DNA of 64,000 bases from an uncultured bacterium (GCA_964457905.1 CAYWGA010000002.1:3475-67474); one strand, 5' to 3'. Shown: positions 41,238-51,995, counted from the stretch's first letter. The notes: generated by a model from the letters alone, not told the origin. Program-made: numbers and translations.

Positions 41238-44200
41238 ATGAACCTGACGAACGCATCGATCAGGCGACCAGTGACGACATTGATGATCTTCGTCTGCTTC
41301 ATCGTGCTGGGAATTATCTCGGCAAGACTACTGCCGATGGAATACTTTCCCGATCTTGACGCCCCTTTCATTTTCATAGAGATCCCCTACCCCGGCTCCA
41401 CTCCAGAGGAGATAGAACGTCAGATCACGAGGCCAGCCGAGGAAGTCATCGCGACTATAAGCGGCTTCAAGCGTATGGAGTCCAACTCGCACACTAATGG
41501 TGCATGGATCAGGCTGGAGTTCGAATGGGGAGTCGATACCGATGTCAAGGCCCTTGAAGCAAAAGAGAAACTCGAGGGGATCCGGCACCTCTTTCCCGAC
41601 GACCTCGAACGTTTTCATGTCCTCAAATGGTCGACCGCCGACATGGAGATCCTGACCCTGAGGATCTCGAGCAACCGCGACCTGTCGAATTCGTACGACA
41701 TGCTCAACAGGAACGTGAAACGAAGGATCGAGAGGATCGAAGGCGTTTCCAAGGTGGATCTCTACGGAGTTGAAAAGAAGGAAGTCCGTATCAAGCTGTC
41801 GGCTGACAGGATCATCCAGCACGGGATCGATATCGGCCAGCTATCCCGGACACTCCGACGCAGTAATTTCCTCGTGACAGCCGGGAAGATAACCGACCAG
41901 AACCAGAGGTTCGTGGTCAGGCCGGTCGGAGAGTACCAGTCCATAGAAGAGATCGGCCAGGTCATCGTCGGCGAGAACGGCCTCAAGCTGAGCGATATCG
42001 CGACCGTGACATACGAGCAGCCCGAACGCAACTACGGCCGCCATCTCAACCGGAAATACGCGATCGGCCTCAACGTCTTCAAGGAAGGCGGAGCGAACCT
42101 CGTCGAAGTGACGGACAAGATCGTCGAAGAGATCGAAATAATAAAAGATGTCCCCGAGATGGAGGGAATCAGCATATTCTACATGGACAATCTGGCTGAT
42201 GGCGTGACGAGCTCGCTGAACGAGGTCCTGAAAGCCGGCATGATCGGAGGCTCCCTCGCGATCCTGATCCTTTTCTTTTTCCTCAGGCGCCTGGTAACGA
42301 CCTTCATCGTCGCTCTGGCTGTTCCACTGTCCCTGCTGATCACCCTCACCTTCATGTATTTTTCAGGAGTCACCCTCAACATCCTGTCGATGATGGGGCT
42401 GATGCTTGCTGTTGGCATGCTCGTCGACAACGCGGTCGTGGTGACCGAAAGCATACACCGGCATCAGATCGCCGATCCCGGTTCCCCGACTTCGATCTCT
42501 GCCGGCGTCAAAGAGGTCTCAATGGCGATTACAGCGGGAACTGCTACCACAGGGATAGTCTTCCTGCCAAATATCGTCAGCCCGAATGACGATATCTCCA
42601 TATACCTCAAGCATGTCGGAATCACGATCGTCATCGCCCTCGGTGTCTCGCTCCTGCTCGCACAGACGATCGTCCCTCTCCTTTCGTCGAAGATAAAACC
42701 GCCGAAACCGGTGACCAAAAAGACGATCATCGACAAGTTCATAGGTAAATACGCCATCGCCCTCGAATGGACGATGCGCCACAGGAAAGCGACCGCCTGG
42801 ATCATCATCGGCCTCCTCTTGAGCATCGCTGTTCCCATGAAATTCGTTAAAACGGAGATGTTCGACGAACCCGAGGACAGGCGTATCAGGCTCCACTACC
42901 ATATCAATGGCAGCTATACCCTGGAGAAGGTCGAGGCAGCCATTACCGAATACGAGAACTACCTCTTTGAGAACCAGGAGAAGTTCGAGATCGAATCGAT
43001 CTACAGTTACTTCCAGGGCGATTACGCATCTTCAACTATCCTCCTCAATAAAGAGGGGACGAAGAAATCGACCGAAGAAATAAAAGACGAGATAAAGGAA
43101 GGCCTTCCGAAAATGGCCATCGCCAATCCTTCGTTCACCTGGCGAAACCAGGGAGGCGGCGGCTCCTCTATCGACATCAGCCTTATGGGCAAATCCAGCG
43201 AGAAACTTGCGGAGATATCAAAGGATGTCGCATGGACCCTCAGTCAGCTGCCCGGATTCTCCGATGTCCGCTCCGACGCTGAAATAGGCGAAAAGGAGGT
43301 CCAGATAACGGTGGACCGCCAGCGCGCACGGCAGTACGGATTCTCTGCCGGTGAGATCGCACAGGTCATTTCGGCGGCGTTGCGCGGCGTAAACCTGAGG
43401 AAGATGCACGGAGAGTCAGGCGAGATCGATATCCGCCTGGAGTTCCAGGAGGAAGACCGAGAGACTCTCGACCAGTTGAAGGATCTCCCCCTTCATTCCA
43501 GGACAGGCACGACTGTCAAACTCGCATCACTGGCCAATTTTAAAGTAAGGCGAGGCCCCCGGAGCATCCAACGGGAGGACAGGACTACCTCTCTTGGAGT
43601 CTCCGCGAACCTGACAGACGTCACAAAGGGTGACGCGCAGAAAATGATCTCTTTCGTACTGGCAAACTACAACTTTCCCGCCGGATATTCCTGGAACTTC
43701 GGCCAGAGCTTCGACCACGAGCAGGAAGCGATGAACACGATGCTGATAAACCTGCTCCTCGCTCTGGCTCTGATATACTTCGTGATGGCATCGCTGTTCG
43801 AATCGCTCCTCTATCCTACAGCGATATGGACCCAGATATTATTCTCCATCGTCGGTGTCTACTGGTTCTTCCTTATTACCGGGACCACGATGTCGATCAT
43901 GGCGATGATCGGGATCCTGATATTGATAGGCGTAGTAGTAAACAACGGGATCGTACTCGTTGATCATATAAACCATCTGCGTTCGAAGGGAATGAAAAGG
44001 AACGAAGCCATCGTGCAGGCCGGCCGGGACAGATTGAGGCCCATCCTCATGACTGCCGGTACGACCGTACTCAGCCTTGTTCCGCTTTGCGTCGTCACGA
44101 CACAGATAGGCGGCAACGGACCGCCGTATTTCCCTATGGCAAGAGCGATAGTCGGTGGGTTAACATTCTCTACAGCAATCACCCTTCTCGTCCTGCCTAC

Positions 44201-44312
44201 GATTTACGCACAGCTGGACGATTTAAGAAACTGGTCACGAAGGGTTATCGCAAAAGCAAAGGGCGCGCAACCTGCTGCGCCAGCCGAACCTGAACGGAGG
44301 TTGTCGATATGA
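41238..44312 (+). CDS. Second RND efflux pump subunit (AcrB-like paralog)
   Basis: 1024 aa. Motifs AVGMLVDNAVVVTESI and RLRPILMTAGTTVLSLVP. Start codon abuts the stop of the first pump (TAGATG). Confidence 0.9.
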   Translation: MNLTNASIRRPVTTLMIFVCFIVLGIISARLLPMEYFPDLDAPFIFIEIPYPGSTPEEIERQITRPAEEVIATISGFKRMESNSHTNGAWIRLEFEWGVDTDVKALEAKEKLEGIRHLFPDDLERFHVLKWSTADMEILTLRISSNRDLSNSYDMLNRNVKRRIERIEGVSKVDLYGVEKKEVRIKLSADRIIQHGIDIGQLSRTLRRSNFLVTAGKITDQNQRFVVRPVGEYQSIEEIGQVIVGENGLKLSDIATVTYEQPERNYGRHLNRKYAIGLNVFKEGGANLVEVTDKIVEEIEIIKDVPEMEGISIFYMDNLADGVTSSLNEVLKAGMIGGSLAILILFFFLRRLVTTFIVALAVPLSLLITLTFMYFSGVTLNILSMMGLMLAVGMLVDNAVVVTESIHRHQIADPGSPTSISAGVKEVSMAITAGTATTGIVFLPNIVSPNDDISIYLKHVGITIVIALGVSLLLAQTIVPLLSSKIKPPKPVTKKTIIDKFIGKYAIALEWTMRHRKATAWIIIGLLLSIAVPMKFVKTEMFDEPEDRRIRLHYHINGSYTLEKVEAAITEYENYLFENQEKFEIESIYSYFQGDYASSTILLNKEGTKKSTEEIKDEIKEGLPKMAIANPSFTWRNQGGGGSSIDISLMGKSSEKLAEISKDVAWTLSQLPGFSDVRSDAEIGEKEVQITVDRQRARQYGFSAGEIAQVISAALRGVNLRKMHGESGEIDIRLEFQEEDRETLDQLKDLPLHSRTGTTVKLASLANFKVRRGPRSIQREDRTTSLGVSANLTDVTKGDAQKMISFVLANYNFPAGYSWNFGQSFDHEQEAMNTMLINLLLALALIYFVMASLFESLLYPTAIWTQILFSIVGVYWFFLITGTTMSIMAMIGILILIGVVVNNGIVLVDHINHLRSKGMKRNEAIVQAGRDRLRPILMTAGTTVLSLVPLCVVTTQIGGNGPPYFPMARAIVGGLTFSTAITLLVLPTIYAQLDDLRNWSRRVIAKAKGAQPAAPAEPERRLSI

Positions 44313-45535
44313 AGAAGTTCCTCACGATAGGTATGGTCCTTTTACTCGCCGCCGCGGCGGCTGCCCCATCGTTTGCCGATGGGCGCGGCAGGATCCACGG
44401 ACGTGTGATCACCACTGACGGGGAAAAATACGAGGGCCTTATCAGGTGGGACAAGAATGAGACCTCGTGGGTAGATATGATCGACTGTTCAAAGGAGCTC
44501 GAGCTTGTCAGACGCAAGGACAAAGACGGCGAGAATGTCAAATCGATATATGTATTCGGCATCAGGATCGGAAAGGTGAAGCACAAGGGCGAGTACAACA
44601 TGTCGGCCCAGTGCGCCGTCGCCTTCGGCCACCTCGAGGCTATCGAGTTCATCGAAGACGATGAAGCCCGTCTCATATTCAAATCGGGAGAGGAACTGGA
44701 AGTCAAAGCCAGCTCGACCGATATCGGCGACAACATCCGCGGAATCATCGTCGAAGACGAGGACGAGGGTGAGATAGAGTTCGATTGGATGGACATTGAC
44801 AGGGTCGAATTCAGCCAGGCTTCGCACGAAGTCTATTCGGACCTTGGCGACAGACTGTACGGCACACTTACTACGCGGTCGAACGACACCTTCACAGGCT
44901 GGATCGTATGGGATGCCGATGAGGCCCTGACTGATGACCTCCTGGACGGAGAGCAGCGAAACCGTGACCGCGAGATCCCCTTCGGGAAGATCAGGTCCAT
45001 AGAGCGCCGCAGCTCGAGCAGCGCGCGCATCACCCTCAAGAACGGCGACGAGATAACCCTCAAGGGCACTAACGACGTGAACAGCTCCAACAGGGGCATC
45101 TCGATATTCGTCGAAAACTTCGGCGTGGTCAAGGTAGGCTGGGACGAATTCGACCGTATCGATTTTGAGGAAGCCGCGGCTCCTGTGGAATACAGCCGTT
45201 TCGATGGAGGCAAGCTGCTCAAGGGAACCGTTTATACCGATTCAGGAGAATCGTACTCGGGACATATCCGTTGGGACGACGACGAGGAGTACACGTGGGA
45301 GGTCATCGACACCGAGCTCAAAGGTGTCGAGATGGATATAGAACTCAGTAATATCAGCACCATCCGGCGCAAGGGATGCTGTTCTTCGATCATCACCCTC
45401 TGGGACGGAAGCGAATTCAAGGTCAAGGGCTCAAACGATGTCGATGATGAAAACAAGGGGATATTCGTGATCCTCTCCTCGGGCGAGGAGATCGAAATCG
45501 ACTGGGACGATTTCGATTACATAAAATTCAAATAG
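44309..45535 (+). CDS. Secreted protein with 3.5 internal ~100-130-aa repeats, translationally coupled to the RND pump
   Basis: Signal peptide LLLAAAAAAPSFA. Repeat ends GEIEFDWMDIDRVEF / GVVKVGWDEFDRIDF / GEEIEIDWDDFDYIKF and repeat starts GRVITTDGEKYEGLIRWD / GTLTTRSNDTFTGWIVWD / GTVYTDSGESYSGHIRWD. ATGA overlap with the upstream pump. Confidence 0.5.
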   Translation: MKKFLTIGMVLLLAAAAAAPSFADGRGRIHGRVITTDGEKYEGLIRWDKNETSWVDMIDCSKELELVRRKDKDGENVKSIYVFGIRIGKVKHKGEYNMSAQCAVAFGHLEAIEFIEDDEARLIFKSGEELEVKASSTDIGDNIRGIIVEDEDEGEIEFDWMDIDRVEFSQASHEVYSDLGDRLYGTLTTRSNDTFTGWIVWDADEALTDDLLDGEQRNRDREIPFGKIRSIERRSSSSARITLKNGDEITLKGTNDVNSSNRGISIFVENFGVVKVGWDEFDRIDFEEAAAPVEYSRFDGGKLLKGTVYTDSGESYSGHIRWDDDEEYTWEVIDTELKGVEMDIELSNISTIRRKGCCSSIITLWDGSEFKVKGSNDVDDENKGIFVILSSGEEIEIDWDDFDYIKFK

Positions 45536-45559
45536 GAACCGTACTTGATAAGCAACTTC

Positions 45560-45590
45560 AACGCGCGGGGCTCTGTCCCGCGCGTTTTCT
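45560..45590 (+). terminator. Rho-independent terminator (AACGCGCGGG-GCTCTGT-CCCGCGCGTT-TTCT)
   Basis: 10-bp perfect stem with 7-nt loop and T-rich tail, 25 nt after the stop at 45535. Ends the efflux operon. Confidence 0.55.
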
Positions 45591-45695
45591 ATTAACTGTC
45601 TCCATATCGCTTGACATATAACTGCCTTACAATGGAGAATCTACCCGATAGTCAAATGGCGTACTGTCTAAAACTGAACGGAAGGTGGAGGAACC

Positions 45696-46262
45696 ATGAG
45701 CAGAGCACGTTGCCTTACAGTTTTCGGATTGATCCTTGTCATGGCCGCGATGAGTGTGCCAGTCAACGCACAGTCATCCTCAAGCGATGCACCGCCTAAC
45801 AATCACCTGCTAACGACCAACCCCTTCCTCATCCTCTTCAGCTGGTGGAACGTCGAGTACGAGTACAGGATCGCAAAAACCACGACTATCGGGATCGCAG
45901 GTTCATACAATACATTCGAAGATGATGATGAAGACGACTATGGGGAATCAGCAAAATATCTCAGCGCGTACGGGATCTTCAGATATTATCCCTCTGGAAA
46001 AGCGCATTCAGGATTCTACTTCGGCGGCAGGCTCGGGGTAACGTCCGTTGAGATAGAATACTACGACGGCGAGCCCACCGAAAAGGGCACCGCCTACGGT
46101 TTCGGCCTTGACGTCGGATATACCTGGCTCCTGGGCGACAACCAGAATTTTGCCGTAAGTGTCGGCGGCGGCGCAACGAGGCTCTTCGGCGGCGATCTCG
46201 AGGACGACCAGGCTGCGTTCCTACCGATCATCAGGCTGGTCAACGTCGGTATCGCGTTCTAG
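45696..46262 (+). CDS. Small outer-membrane beta-barrel protein (OmpW/OmpA-TM-like)
   Basis: Signal peptide ending VNAQ. 188 aa with amphipathic strands. C-terminal VNVGIAF. Confidence 0.5.
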   Translation: MSRARCLTVFGLILVMAAMSVPVNAQSSSSDAPPNNHLLTTNPFLILFSWWNVEYEYRIAKTTTIGIAGSYNTFEDDDEDDYGESAKYLSAYGIFRYYPSGKAHSGFYFGGRLGVTSVEIEYYDGEPTEKGTAYGFGLDVGYTWLLGDNQNFAVSVGGGATRLFGGDLEDDQAAFLPIIRLVNVGIAF

Positions 46263-46286
46263 GCAGAAAGACTCTGCAGAGAAAAT

Positions 46287-47380
46287 TTATTCGAGCCGGC
46301 CCGGCTCTGGGTGTGTGCCTGCAGAGGCCCATACTCTCAAGATGTCAAATGCCTGGCCGGTTATCCCCGGTGTGAAATTACAGTGTCCGTCCGCCTCCGC
46401 ATACATCTGCACAAACCATTTCCCGTTCTCCAGCGCACCGGTAATAGTATTGTATACATCGGGCAGAGTTGGCGGAACGCCCGGATCATAAGTCGTATGA
46501 AGGGCAAGTACCGGTCTTCCGGGATTACCGGTAGGCGTGTAGTTGCCGCGAAGATAATAGAGGGCGCCGGCGTCGGCGTCATATCGCGGCACGGCGGAGT
46601 TCATGTCGACAGATGCGATGATATCGGAATAGACCTTGTTGCGGTTCCCGATCGGGTTCCCGCCGGCCCTTTCGACCAGCTCACTGTAGATCATATGATA
46701 GCTGGAGATGATCGCCGCCAGATTCTCCCTTCTGATCCCGCGGCTTGCCGCATAAACGGCCGCCATATCAGGCTTGGAATTCAGCGCGGCCTCTATATCC
46801 TGAGCCTTGAACGCGGCCGACCCGATTACCGGCACCGAACCTTCCGGCAGTCCCTCGCCGAACAGCGCTTCAAATGTAACGAGCATATCGAATATGTAAT
46901 CTCCGAAAAAATGCAGGGCCGGAGCCAGCGGGCCGCACATGGGTAGCGCCCCGTTGTATGAGTCGGAATACGTCTCTATCGTGGCAAGGGTGATGAGCCC
47001 ACCCATCGAATGCCCCGCCACGAATGTCGAATCAGGCTTCCCGTGTAGTTCCGTGAAACGTTTTCGCACTGCCTCGGTCTCGACGACAGCCTCCTCCAGA
47101 GCCCATCCCTGTTTCGAATACCCCGACTCGGCCACGGCAAATCCCCGGTCGAGAAATACCGACGCTATCGAATAGTGCAGCGGGTTCCAGTTCGCGCCAT
47201 TCGGCTTATACCCGTGCGCGTACATGACCAGGTTGCCGTTCCACTCGGCGGGAATACGGATACTGTAAGGCGCCCCGTCTATCTCGCCCTTTTCGCTGAC
47301 GATCTTGCCGTCCTGGGCGGAAACGGCTGACGCGGAAACCATCAAAGCAACAACGAGGATGATACAACCGAAACGGTTCA
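46287..47380 (-). CDS. Secreted alpha/beta-hydrolase (esterase/lipase-type)
   Basis: Nucleophile elbow VAGHSMGG. Signal peptide. Start trimmed to MNRFGCIIL, which has an AGGAGG RBS. Confidence 0.65.
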
Positions 47381-47638
47381 TTCTGCCCCTCCTGAATTGG
47401 TTTGTGAATAGCCTTCTGATATTCTGCCACAATTATGTAACCCATTCAAACACTTTGGTTCCCGGCTGTTCAACACCCGGGGAAAGGGCATGTTGACAGT
47501 CAGGTATTACTTCAATATTATCTCCCTGTACGACAGACCCGGGGAGCCCCTCACCAGATAATGCCGGGGCTGAGAACCTGGAGGAGATCCAGGGACCCGT
47601 CGAACCTGATCAGGCCAGCACCTGCGGAGGGAGCGAAG

Positions 47639-48679
47639 ATGGAACACGAGAAACTTCCCGAATTAGGCAAGATCCACCCCCAGTTCTTCGATCGTGTGAT
47701 ATACCCGCGACTCGGCGTGGATGACGACAGCATCGTCATCGGCCCCCGCCACGGCGTCGATTACGGAGTGATCCGTGTCGGCGGCCAGGCCATCGCGATG
47801 TCGACCGACCCTTTCTTCATCGTCCCCTCTTTCGGGTTTGCCAGGGCCGCCTGGTTCGGCTTCCACATAATATTCTGCGATGTAGCGGTCTCTGGCCTTC
47901 CTCCGAAACATCTCGCAATCGACCTGAACCTTCCGCCGGAGATGACCGAGCAGCAGATAGAAGAGATGTGGGAGACGGTCCATGAAGAATCGGTCAAGTA
48001 CGGCATAAGCATCGTCACCGGGCATACAGCGAGGTACACAGGCTGCAACTACCCGATGGTCGGCGGAGCCACGGCGATCGCTATCGGCGATGAACCCGAC
48101 CTCAGGGGACCCCATAGGGCCGCCGTCGGAGACAAGGTCGTGATAACGAAAGGTCCTGCGATCGAGGCAACCGGCCTGCTCGCCGTACTCTTCCCCGACA
48201 GGTTCGTCGCCGCTGGCGGCGAGGATTTCCAGAAAGAAGCGGCAGGAGTCTTCGACCAGATGTCGGTCCTTGATGAATGCGCTATCGCCAGAAAGTTCCC
48301 CGGGGTTCACGTCATGCATGACGCGACTGAATGCGGGATACTGGGCGGACTTTACGAGATGGCCAGGGCCGGTTCATACGGCCTGAGGATAGAACAGGAC
48401 CTGATTCCGGTTCAGCCGGTGATACAGAAGACAGCGGATCTGTTCGACTTCGACATGTACAGCGCCATAAGCGAAGGTACGCTTCTCGCTATCGTCGCGC
48501 CTGATACTGCTGACGAACTGGTAACTGTGCTGGGTGAGAACGGCATCGAGGGAGCAGTATGCGGAGAGATCGTCCCTGAGAAGGACGGCCTGACACTGGT
48601 CAGCAACGGCGAGGAGTCCGCCCTCGAGCACCCAGTCACTGATCCGTACTGGGCGCTCGCCGCGGAATTTTCCAGCTGA
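47639..48679 (+). CDS. AIR-synthase-related (PurM-like superfamily) protein
   Basis: PurM N- and C-domain pattern: GDDSIVIG...GQAIAMSTDPF and later VTGHTARYTG...AAVGDKVVITKG. No HypE C-terminal Cys motif. Start trimmed to MEHEKLPEL. Confidence 0.55.
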   Translation: MEHEKLPELGKIHPQFFDRVIYPRLGVDDDSIVIGPRHGVDYGVIRVGGQAIAMSTDPFFIVPSFGFARAAWFGFHIIFCDVAVSGLPPKHLAIDLNLPPEMTEQQIEEMWETVHEESVKYGISIVTGHTARYTGCNYPMVGGATAIAIGDEPDLRGPHRAAVGDKVVITKGPAIEATGLLAVLFPDRFVAAGGEDFQKEAAGVFDQMSVLDECAIARKFPGVHVMHDATECGILGGLYEMARAGSYGLRIEQDLIPVQPVIQKTADLFDFDMYSAISEGTLLAIVAPDTADELVTVLGENGIEGAVCGEIVPEKDGLTLVSNGEESALEHPVTDPYWALAAEFSS

Positions 48680-48696
48680 GTTCAGCCTGAGCAACG

Positions 48697-49041
48697 TCAC
48701 ACTTTTTTCAAAACGACCAGCAGCGCTCCATCGGTGGCGCTTGTCTTGACTACCGTAAGCTGAAGCGGAAGCTTTGACTCGCTCTTCGTCCTGAAGTATG
48801 CGGTGTAAGCGGCCGGCACATCGGTATCACCGTGCACTCTTCTTCTGATGAAATCCTGGATCATCTCCATCGATTCCTCGTGGAGAAGACCGATGATGGG
48901 CAGCCCTTTGCATTTCTCCTGCTCGATCTCCAGAAGCTCAGCGAAACGCCTGTTAGCCAGCACGACTTTCTTCCCCTTATAGAAAATCGCCGCTTCACCG
49001 CAATCATCCATGGCATCGAGAAGCTTTTCCATGTTAGTCAT
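48697..49041 (-). CDS. Hypothetical small protein (PAS-like fold possible)
   Basis: 114-aa ORF with no overlaps. Confidence 0.35.
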   Translation of the reverse strand: MTNMEKLLDAMDDCGEAAIFYKGKKVVLANRRFAELLEIEQEKCKGLPIIGLLHEESMEMIQDFIRRRVHGDTDVPAAYTAYFRTKSESKLPLQLTVVKTSATDGALLVVLKKV

Positions 49042-49055
49042 CGGGTCTCCTTTCT

Positions 49056-49694
49056 CTACTGAACCTCGACATCAACGATGTCGAGCTGAACAAACTGTCC
49101 GTCAAAAGGGTCAGGGTATGGCGAGACGCCACTCACTACTATCGGTTCGCCATTGCCGTCCATGTTCAGCGTGCCTAAATTGTCTCCACCTGAACCGGCA
49201 AACAGCGTCAGTGTGGCGCCATGCTCCATCACGATCGTTTTCTGAATATTCAGTTCATAGCATTCATCATACCCGGATGCCCCGGAGTTCATGTAATAGG
49301 TCTGCGCTGGTGCGGATACCTCAAGCCTGAAGATATTCCATGTGCCTCCGTCAGGAGTGCCACCGACTATCCACATCCCGTCACTGTTGGAATAATCAGT
49401 ATATGTCTTCTGCTCCACCACTCCACGCAATCTTATTGTAACTATGTATGTCGTCCCGGCATCGCCGCTGATAGTCGTCGTTTCATCGTCCGCATCGGGT
49501 ATGTAGCAATTCTCACTTGAGCTACCGGACCCTATGCACTGCAGCTCGACTCGAAGTCCATCGATAACCGCAACGGGGTCCTCTCCGGCTATCGTTTCAT
49601 CGGAGCCGCACCCGGCCGCCACCAAAACAAACGCTGCAATCACAAAGCCGAAAAGCCTTCGCATTCCGCTCTCCCCGAGTTCAACTGTTGCCAT
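49056..49694 (-). CDS. Hypothetical lipoprotein
   Basis: Signal peptide with lipobox VAAGCGSD. Confidence 0.4.
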   Translation of the reverse strand: MATVELGESGMRRLFGFVIAAFVLVAAGCGSDETIAGEDPVAVIDGLRVELQCIGSGSSSENCYIPDADDETTTISGDAGTTYIVTIRLRGVVEQKTYTDYSNSDGMWIVGGTPDGGTWNIFRLEVSAPAQTYYMNSGASGYDECYELNIQKTIVMEHGATLTLFAGSGGDNLGTLNMDGNGEPIVVSGVSPYPDPFDGQFVQLDIVDVEVQ

Positions 49695-49816
49695 TCAGGC
49701 GCCTGCAATCCACTGTACAGGACACGCCACAATATCGTCAATTATTCCAGAAACATCAACAGGATGGTTCGTCACTTTTCAGAAAGAAAAGGAAGCCTCC
49801 AAACAGGCCCCTGGCG

Positions 49817-50656
49817 TTATATACCGGCGTAGGCAACCAGATGCCCGCCCATGAGTGTTCTGCGGTAAAGAGCGTTTGCCAGGTTATCGCACGGGCCCTT
49901 CTCCCCCCACTGCTTCGCGGGAGCGCTTATCGAAAGAGGAGAAAGCCCAGCGGCCTCGAGAGTGGCTTTCAGCGTACGCGGAGTGAAGAACCAGAAGTGG
50001 TGATCAGGAGAATAATGTTTCCACCGGTTTTTCTTCAACCCGAAGCGACTCTGGAAGTTCTTGCCCCTGTTGGAAAAGCTCCCGAGGTTCGGCACTTCGA
50101 TCCTGACAACACCGCCCGGGCTGAGCAGCTCCGCTATCTTCTCGAGTGTCATTCGGGGATCGCTGACATGCTCCAGCACGTGATTCATGATAATCGCATC
50201 GAATGAATGCGGAGGCAGATCAAGATCCTCGAGGACCCCCTGGTGAACGGTCAGCCCGAACTTTTCGCGGATATGATGGACCATTACCGATGCTATCTCG
50301 GTCCCCTCGGCCTCCCATCCCCTCTCTACGGCGGCAAGAAGAAGCGTCCCCTCCCCGCAGCCGACATCTAGAAGGCGCCCCTTTCTCCCGACGACAGATT
50401 CGACCTCTGCGACAAGCTGGTCGAAGATCCTCATCCTCCGCTCCTGCTCCTCGAGCGACGCCCTGAAATAGCCTTCGCCGTATATCTCTGCATCGGCATT
50501 ATCGATCTCGGGGTAATCCTCGGCAAACTGCAGACCGCATCGCGAGCACTGCACGATCCTTCCACCGGTGGGTGCGATAAAGACCTGTCTGACCGGACTG
50601 TCAGGACAGTTCGGGCATCTCTGAAGATCACTCATGCCGCGCCACACTCCATCCAA
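49817..50656 (-). CDS. Class I SAM-dependent methyltransferase with N-terminal Zn-ribbon
   Basis: CPNCPDS...CSRCG Zn-ribbon. Motif I LLDVGCGEGTLL. Post-I acidic TEI. Confidence 0.7.
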   Translation of the reverse strand: MDGVWRGMSDLQRCPNCPDSPVRQVFIAPTGGRIVQCSRCGLQFAEDYPEIDNADAEIYGEGYFRASLEEQERRMRIFDQLVAEVESVVGRKGRLLDVGCGEGTLLLAAVERGWEAEGTEIASVMVHHIREKFGLTVHQGVLEDLDLPPHSFDAIIMNHVLEHVSDPRMTLEKIAELLSPGGVVRIEVPNLGSFSNRGKNFQSRFGLKKNRWKHYSPDHHFWFFTPRTLKATLEAAGLSPLSISAPAKQWGEKGPCDNLANALYRRTLMGGHLVAYAGI

Positions 50657-51239
50657 GGCCGATCCATCCTGCTCCCAGCACAGTATTGGCCAGCGCCGCG
50701 CCCCATACTCCCATCATTGCCGGCAGCACCATCACCAGGACAAAGCCGGCTATCACTGATATGGACGCCCAGCGTGGAAGGATCCCGGCACGAAGGGTCA
50801 CGGCAGCCAGAGCGAGCCATCCAAGAACTGACAGACCGAGAGCGATTATTGCTCCCGCATCGAAAAGGGCTGAATCCTCCAGCGCCTCCAGCGCCTCAGG
50901 ATCGACCTTCGCTATTTCGTGTATGGTGAAAACCGATGTCCACTCGTTCGCGAAGAGAGCCGCCATCCCCATGAGGGTCAACAGGAACGCGACGAGTCCG
51001 AACATGCCTGTCTTTTCAGCCTGCAGAACGTAAAGGCCGGTGCAGCCGATGAGAACAAGCAGTGCGGCGAAACCGGCCAGCATCAGACGTACGAAAAAGA
51101 GAGATGATCCTGCCATAACGGAGTATGACGATCCGAGATCGAGCTGCGGCGTGAGAAAGATATTGATAAGAGCGGTAAGAAGTCCGCCCAGAATGAGAGC
51201 GGCGCCCGTTATTGTAAAGAACCCTTCGGGAAGACGCAT
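50628..51239 (-). CDS. Hypothetical integral membrane protein
   Basis: Six hydrophobic segments. Confidence 0.4.
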   Translation of the reverse strand: MRLPEGFFTITGAALILGGLLTALINIFLTPQLDLGSSYSVMAGSSLFFVRLMLAGFAALLVLIGCTGLYVLQAEKTGMFGLVAFLLTLMGMAALFANEWTSVFTIHEIAKVDPEALEALEDSALFDAGAIIALGLSVLGWLALAAVTLRAGILPRWASISVIAGFVLVMVLPAMMGVWGAALANTVLGAGWIGLGWSVARHE

Positions 51240-51241
51240 GA

Positions 51242-51970
51242 TCAGCCTCCAAATACCTTCCTCAGCAGTTCGGTAGTACGCGCAGCCGGATCCTCACGTA
51301 TCTTCTGCTCCTCCGTGGCAAGTATCGCAAACAGCCCGTCCAGCGCCTGGTCCGTCACATATTCATCAAGATCGACAAGCCGGGAAGTGCTGGTAAACGG
51401 AAGATTGTTGTACGCGTCTGCTGCCTGGCCGTACACCCGTGAAAGGCCGATCTCGTCGATCTTCTCTTCGATTATCGGATGGAATCGTTTCCTCAGCTCG
51501 TTCCCTGTCTGCCTGCGAAAATATTCGGTAGCCGCAGTATCGTCGCCATTGAGGATCCCGAAGGCATCTGCCACAGTCATCCCCTTGATCGCGTTCCAGA
51601 AGATATCCCTCGCTTCGACCGCCGCCAGCTCCGCCGCCCTGTTCATCCCGACTTCGATCTCGTCGACATAACTGCCGAGTCCTGCGGTCCGCATCGTCGA
51701 CGCCATCGATTCGAGCTGCTCGGGAAGAGCGATCCGAATCAATTCGTTGCCGAGATACCCGTCCACCTTAGAGGTAGAGATCACCGTGTTCCCCGTCCCT
51801 ATACGAAGTGCTTCCTTGATACCGTCGATAACGACTGACTCGGTGAGTTCTCCATCCCCCGAATCCGTGTCCAGGATGTCACCCATGCTCTCTGAAAGCG
51901 TTGCGCACCCTGAAGAAGCAAGGATCAGAGCGACAGGCAAAAGTAGTCCTAGAGCCTTTTTGAATATCAT
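51242..51970 (-). CDS. Hypothetical lipoprotein
   Basis: MIFKKALGLLLPVALILASSGCAT lipobox. Start trimmed to the second Met. Confidence 0.4.
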   Translation of the reverse strand: MIFKKALGLLLPVALILASSGCATLSESMGDILDTDSGDGELTESVVIDGIKEALRIGTGNTVISTSKVDGYLGNELIRIALPEQLESMASTMRTAGLGSYVDEIEVGMNRAAELAAVEARDIFWNAIKGMTVADAFGILNGDDTAATEYFRRQTGNELRKRFHPIIEEKIDEIGLSRVYGQAADAYNNLPFTSTSRLVDLDEYVTDQALDGLFAILATEEQKIREDPAARTTELLRKVFGG

Positions 51971-51995
51971 CGATGCCTCTCCCGGCAAGAAAACC

